A stretch of 64,000 bases of DNA from Negativicutes bacterium (GTDB lineage Bacteria; Bacillota; Negativicutes; UBA1444): NCBI GenBank assembly GCA_963665275.2, contig CAXXIN010000007.1:256001-320000 (forward strand), written 5' to 3'. The notes below the pieces were generated by a model that worked only from the letters and a program-made list of their open reading frames with translations, was not told where the DNA came from and ran no database searches. Position numbers and translations under genes: made by a program. The stretch's first letter is position 1, and every line of letters begins with the position of its first letter. Positions 59,682 through 64,000 of this stretch are shown piece after piece.

Positions 59682-60026
59682 ATGATATTTCCCGAAAATA
59701 CGATTTACATTGTCGGAAATGCTAAAACGCAACAAACGAATCCCATTACGCATCACTTTGGGCAGTTTTTTGTCAGCTTCATTATTGAACGGGAAACCGC
59801 TAAAATTTTAGCCTGCGGCGTTTCAGTCACCATAAGCGTAACCAATGACTTTATCAGTAGTCTCTTCGTGGATCGCAGCCTGCTCGATGATGCGGAAACC
59901 ATTCGACAAATATTGGAAACCCGATATTTCGGCTCTTCACAAAAAGCAATTTTGGTAGCATACAAAGATGCGCAAAAAAAATACAACCGGATTATTAACG
60001 GTCAGCCCATTGATTTGAGCGAATAA
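59682..60026 (+). CDS. DUF3870 family protein
   Basis: YIVGNAK...NPIT, RYFGSSQKAILVAYKDA. Confidence 0.75.
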   Translation: MIFPENTIYIVGNAKTQQTNPITHHFGQFFVSFIIERETAKILACGVSVTISVTNDFISSLFVDRSLLDDAETIRQILETRYFGSSQKAILVAYKDAQKKYNRIINGQPIDLSE

Positions 60027-60245
60027 CGCCATATAGCAAAAGCTCTTGCCAATAAAAAAGGATTTTCTCTGTCAATGTCAAATAATATGATTTAGAAAAA
60101 TATAATAATAAGCTGCTTTGTTTACCCGCATGCCGGAATATCCCGGTATGGACGTAAGTAAAATCCAGCAAGCAAGCCTTATCGCAAGGTTTTAGCTTGT
60201 TGGATTTTTTTATTTTCCACCAAAATCACGAAAGGAAGTGTATTC

Positions 60246-61370
60246 ATGAACAAAAATGGTGCAACTCAACGACTCGTGGATCAGTTTATCGACATGGTCA
60301 AGATTGCTAGTCCATCCCGCCAGGAAGGAGCATTCGCCACCTATATGCGAAAAGAGCTGGAAGCTCTCGGGTTTTCCGTAGAAGTAGACTCGGCCGGCGA
60401 CAGCGTGGGTGGCAATACCGGCAACCTCATTGCCACGCTAAAGGGAACCAAAGAGGCGGAGCCGCTCATGTTCTGCTGTCATATGGATACTGTTCTGCCA
60501 TGCACCAATATCCATCCCGTCATCGAGGGTGATGTTATTCGTTCCGATGGCACGACGATCCTCAGCGGCGATGACAAAGCTGGAATCGCAGCGATTCTTG
60601 AAGGCGTCCGCCGGATACAGGAACGGAATGTGAAGCACGGGTTATTGCAAGTCGTACTAACAATCTGTGAAGAAGTCGGCATGTATGGATCCAAAGGGCT
60701 TGATTATAGCAAAATCAAGGCCAAACGCGCTTTCATACTGGATTCGAGCGGTCCCCTCGGGAAAATTGTCATTCAAGGACCGGCGAAAGATGTCATCAAA
60801 GCAGTGATCCACGGTCGATCCGCCCACGCGGGTCTCACGCCCGAAAAAGGGATCAGTGCCATTCAGGTGGCTGCTCGCGCCATCGACCGGATGAAACTGT
60901 TGCGCATTGATGAAGAGACCACCGCCAACCTGGGCACGATCAGCGGCGGCAGCGCCACCAACATCGTGGCAGAGCAAGCGGAAATCGTGGCCGAAGCCCG
61001 CAGCCTCGTCAATGAAAAGTTAGACGTTCAAAGTGGACATATTCGGGAATGTTTCGAACAGGCCGCCCGCGAATTCGGTGCAACCGTCGATGTGACTATT
61101 GATCGCAGCTACGCGGCATTCCAATTGACGAAGGATACACCGGTGGTGCAGCAGTGTCTGGAAGCCATGCACCGCTTGGGCGTGGAACCCAAACTGCTTT
61201 CCACCGGCGGCGGCAGCGACTGTAACGTGTTCAACGCCCGCGGACTGACAGCGGTCGACTTGGCCATCGGCATGACCGACGTTCATTCCAAAGAGGAAAC
61301 AATCAAAATTTCCGACATGGAGACGGTTGCTTGTTTAATTGAATCAATCATCGAACACAATAATATTTAA
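60246..61370 (+). CDS. M20 family metallopeptidase (peptidase T-like)
   Basis: HMDTV, GDDKAG, CEEVG, GGGSD, HSKEE. Confidence 0.92.
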   Translation: MNKNGATQRLVDQFIDMVKIASPSRQEGAFATYMRKELEALGFSVEVDSAGDSVGGNTGNLIATLKGTKEAEPLMFCCHMDTVLPCTNIHPVIEGDVIRSDGTTILSGDDKAGIAAILEGVRRIQERNVKHGLLQVVLTICEEVGMYGSKGLDYSKIKAKRAFILDSSGPLGKIVIQGPAKDVIKAVIHGRSAHAGLTPEKGISAIQVAARAIDRMKLLRIDEETTANLGTISGGSATNIVAEQAEIVAEARSLVNEKLDVQSGHIRECFEQAAREFGATVDVTIDRSYAAFQLTKDTPVVQQCLEAMHRLGVEPKLLSTGGGSDCNVFNARGLTAVDLAIGMTDVHSKEETIKISDMETVACLIESIIEHNNI

Positions 61371-61385
61371 TAAGGATGTGGTCCA

Positions 61386-62477
61386 TTGAAGATCCAGGAG
61401 ATAAAGATCGGCAAAGTCAGCATCCCTTTAAAGAAGCCCTTCAAAACGGCCCTGCGACAGGTGAATTCGGCAGAAGACATTATCATAAAAGTAATTGCAG
61501 ATACCGGCGAAGTCGGTTTCGGCAACGCACCGCCAACGGCTGTGATTACCGGTGACAGTCAGGACTCCATCATTGCTGCCATTCGGAACACCCTCGGCCC
61601 CAAGATCATCGGTATGGAGATTGACAACCTGGAAGGCATCATGACGACTCTGGATAGCGGCATGCTACACAACCAATCCGCTAAAGCCGCACTTGACATC
61701 GCTGTTTACGACCTGTTCGGCAAGCGTTATGGCATCCCTCTCTACAAATTATTCGGCGGTCACTGTCACAGCATGGAAACTGACCTGACGATCAGCCTAA
61801 ATGAGCCGGAAGAAATGGTGCGTGATTCGTTGGAGGCAGTGGCAGAAGGCTACACCGCACTTAAACTCAAAGTCGGGAACGAACCGGCGTTGGATATCCG
61901 GCGGGTACAGGCAATCCGCAACGCCGTCGGCCCGAACATCAAAATCCGACTCGATGCCAATCAGGGCTGGAGCGCCAAAGAAGCCGTCCGCACTATTCGA
62001 AAATTCGAGGCGGATGGTCTCGATATCGAGCTTATAGAGCAGCCGGTGAAGGCCCACGATTGGGAAGGACTCAAATATGTAACCGACCGGGTGGAAACCG
62101 ACATCATGGCCGACGAATCCGCTTTTGGTCCGTTTGAAGTATTTCAACTCTTGTCCATGCGCGCCTGCGACCTCATCAATATTAAGCTGATGAAAGCCGG
62201 TGGATTGCACAATGCTCTGAAAATCGCCAATTTCGCTGAGACAATGGACGTCCAGTGCATGATGGGCTGCATGTTGGAAAGCAAAGTCGGCATCACTGCC
62301 GCCGCCAGCATTGCCGCCGGCAAGAAAATCGTCACCCGCGCAGACTTGGACGCGGCAGTATTATTGGCGGAAGATCCGGTCGTTGGAGGGGTGAGCTTCT
62401 GCAAGAATCAGCTCATCATGTCTGAGGCGCCGGGCCTGGGCATTACCGATATCATGGGTTGGCAGCAAGTAGATTAA
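61386..62477 (+). CDS. Dipeptide epimerase (L-Ala-D/L-Glu epimerase-like, enolase superfamily)
   Basis: F.TA, KLKVG, DANQGW, EQP, ADES, NIKLMK, GCM.E, DLD. Confidence 0.92.
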   Translation: MKIQEIKIGKVSIPLKKPFKTALRQVNSAEDIIIKVIADTGEVGFGNAPPTAVITGDSQDSIIAAIRNTLGPKIIGMEIDNLEGIMTTLDSGMLHNQSAKAALDIAVYDLFGKRYGIPLYKLFGGHCHSMETDLTISLNEPEEMVRDSLEAVAEGYTALKLKVGNEPALDIRRVQAIRNAVGPNIKIRLDANQGWSAKEAVRTIRKFEADGLDIELIEQPVKAHDWEGLKYVTDRVETDIMADESAFGPFEVFQLLSMRACDLINIKLMKAGGLHNALKIANFAETMDVQCMMGCMLESKVGITAAASIAAGKKIVTRADLDAAVLLAEDPVVGGVSFCKNQLIMSEAPGLGITDIMGWQQVD

Positions 62478-62483
62478 AAGAAG

Positions 62484-63869
62484 GTGGTGTTACTGTTGGG
62501 TATTGTTCTTTCGCTCATTGTAACCTTTTGGGCGGGTTATCTGATCGTCAAAAAATTCAAACCGCAACCTGTGTTATTCATTGCCGGAATGGCACTCATG
62601 TTTTTCGCAGTATTTTTTGGCTTGGGAAACATTCTTCCTGCCAAAGAAAGCACCGGATTTGTGATTTTTGATGCCTTTGAGTTCATCAAGAGGACCTTCA
62701 GTTCCCGTGCCGGCGGGCTAGGTCTCAACATCATGGCGGTAGCGGGGTTTGCCCGTTACATGGATCATATCGGCGCCAGCAAAGCCTTGGTCAAACTGAC
62801 CATTTCGCCACTATTGGCGCTGCGCGCTCCCTACCTCGTCATGGCCGGAGCATGGATTTTAGGTATGTTTCTTGGCCTAGCCATCAATAGCGCGTCCGGT
62901 CTGGCGATGCTACTCATGGTCACGGTATTCCCGATTCTGATCAATTTGGGAGTAAGCCGACTCTCGGCAACAGCGGTCATCGCCACCACCCTCTGTCTAG
63001 ACTGGAGCCCCAGCGACACCGGAACGCTGTTGGCAGCAACAACTGCGGGAATCGACCCTGTGGTGTATTGGGTGAAGTATCAGATCCCCATTGCAGCTGT
63101 CACAATTCCGGTAGTCGCGATACTGCACTTTTTTACCCAAAAGTGGATGGATGCCCGAGACGGACATATAGTCAAAGCTGCTGAAATATTGGCTCCAAAA
63201 GATAAAGATCTGGAGCCGGAGAAATTACCGCCGATGTTTTACGCCATCCTGCCAGTCATTCCGCTGGGCCTCATTCTGGTGTTTAGCGACTTGTGGATTT
63301 CCTGGATCAAAATGGACATCATCAAAGCCATGTTCATTGGTTTGGCAATCGGCATGCTGGTGGAATATATCCGTTTGCGGGACGGGAAAAAGGTTCTGTC
63401 AGACATTCAGGTATTTTTCGACGGCCTGGGCATGCAGATGGCCAACGTTATCACGCTGATCGTGGCGGGCGAAACCTTCGCCAAAGGCTTGGTGACCATC
63501 GGAACCATCGATGCCATCATCACTTCCGCCCAAACTTCCGGATTTGGCGCGGCCGGAATGATCCTGCTCATGATCACGATCATCGCAGTTTCGTCGGTTA
63601 TCATGGGTTCAGGCAATGCGCCGTTCTTTGCTTTTGCCGCATTGACGCCGACTGTCGCCGCCAAAATGTCCGTACCGGCGGTAGTGATGCTGCTGCCGAT
63701 GCACTTTGCAGCCAGTGCGGCCAGGGCCATGTCGCCAATCACTGCGGTTATCGTGGTTTCTTCCAGCATGGGTGGAGTTTCACCGTTTGATGTTGTCAAA
63801 CGAACCGCCATTCCAATGGCTGGAGCGTTAATCACCCTAGTAGCCGCTAACTTTATATTCTTCTACTAA
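62484..63869 (+). CDS. dcuC: DcuC family transporter
   Basis: GL.IM...GFA.YM..IGAS, SASGL, GSGNAPFFAF, SPITAV..VKRT. Confidence 0.88.
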   Translation: MVLLLGIVLSLIVTFWAGYLIVKKFKPQPVLFIAGMALMFFAVFFGLGNILPAKESTGFVIFDAFEFIKRTFSSRAGGLGLNIMAVAGFARYMDHIGASKALVKLTISPLLALRAPYLVMAGAWILGMFLGLAINSASGLAMLLMVTVFPILINLGVSRLSATAVIATTLCLDWSPSDTGTLLAATTAGIDPVVYWVKYQIPIAAVTIPVVAILHFFTQKWMDARDGHIVKAAEILAPKDKDLEPEKLPPMFYAILPVIPLGLILVFSDLWISWIKMDIIKAMFIGLAIGMLVEYIRLRDGKKVLSDIQVFFDGLGMQMANVITLIVAGETFAKGLVTIGTIDAIITSAQTSGFGAAGMILLMITIIAVSSVIMGSGNAPFFAFAALTPTVAAKMSVPAVVMLLPMHFAASAARAMSPITAVIVVSSSMGGVSPFDVVKRTAIPMAGALITLVAANFIFFY

Positions 63870-63925
63870 AGCACAGCATTGTTGTGTAAACTAGTCGTCA
63901 TTCCCCAAAGACACCGACCTGCAGC

Positions 63926-63961
63926 AAAAAGGCTTCCGACGTAATAGTTGGAAGCCTTTTT
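63926..63961 (+). terminator. Intrinsic terminator
   Basis: aaaaaggcttccgac/gttggaagccttttt inverted repeat. Confidence 0.75.
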
Positions 63962-64000
63962 GATCGACCGAAAGTGTCCCGTAAAGTGTCCCCTGAAAAA

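Overview
This window looks like a Negativicutes (Sporomusaceae-like) chromosome segment of roughly 50% GC; the taxon is inferred from gene content and synteny only. Core content: eight tRNA genes at three loci, rph-rdgB-ysnB, malic enzyme, and an HI0933 flavoprotein. Accessory blocks: (i) the decayed end of an island at tRNA-Lys with an integrase remnant; (ii) a c-di-GMP/two-component cluster (HK, hybrid HK, REC-HDOD, REC-HD-GYP, GGDEF-HD-GYP); (iii) a sigma-54-driven acyl-CoA dehydrogenase/ETF/FixCX/CoA-transferase operon whose two transporters are eroded; (iv) a class IIC group II intron behind the terminator of a dead doc toxin gene; (v) a ~10.5 kb island bounded by a duplicated tRNA-Arg(UCU) 3' half, carrying an amino-acid ABC transporter, a cupin, two FrlC-like epimerases, IS200 and IS21. 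The best-supported unusual signal is an IS110 element (55184-56671). Its joined ends reconstitute a near-consensus TTGACT-17-TATAAT promoter. Its non-coding left end contains a bridge-RNA-like loop whose guides match the actual insertion site, which is a Shine-Dalgarno sequence. No CRISPR array or rRNA was seen. Frameshifts between about 51.7 and 55.1 kb may be sequencing errors. All product calls come from motif recognition by eye, with no database search.
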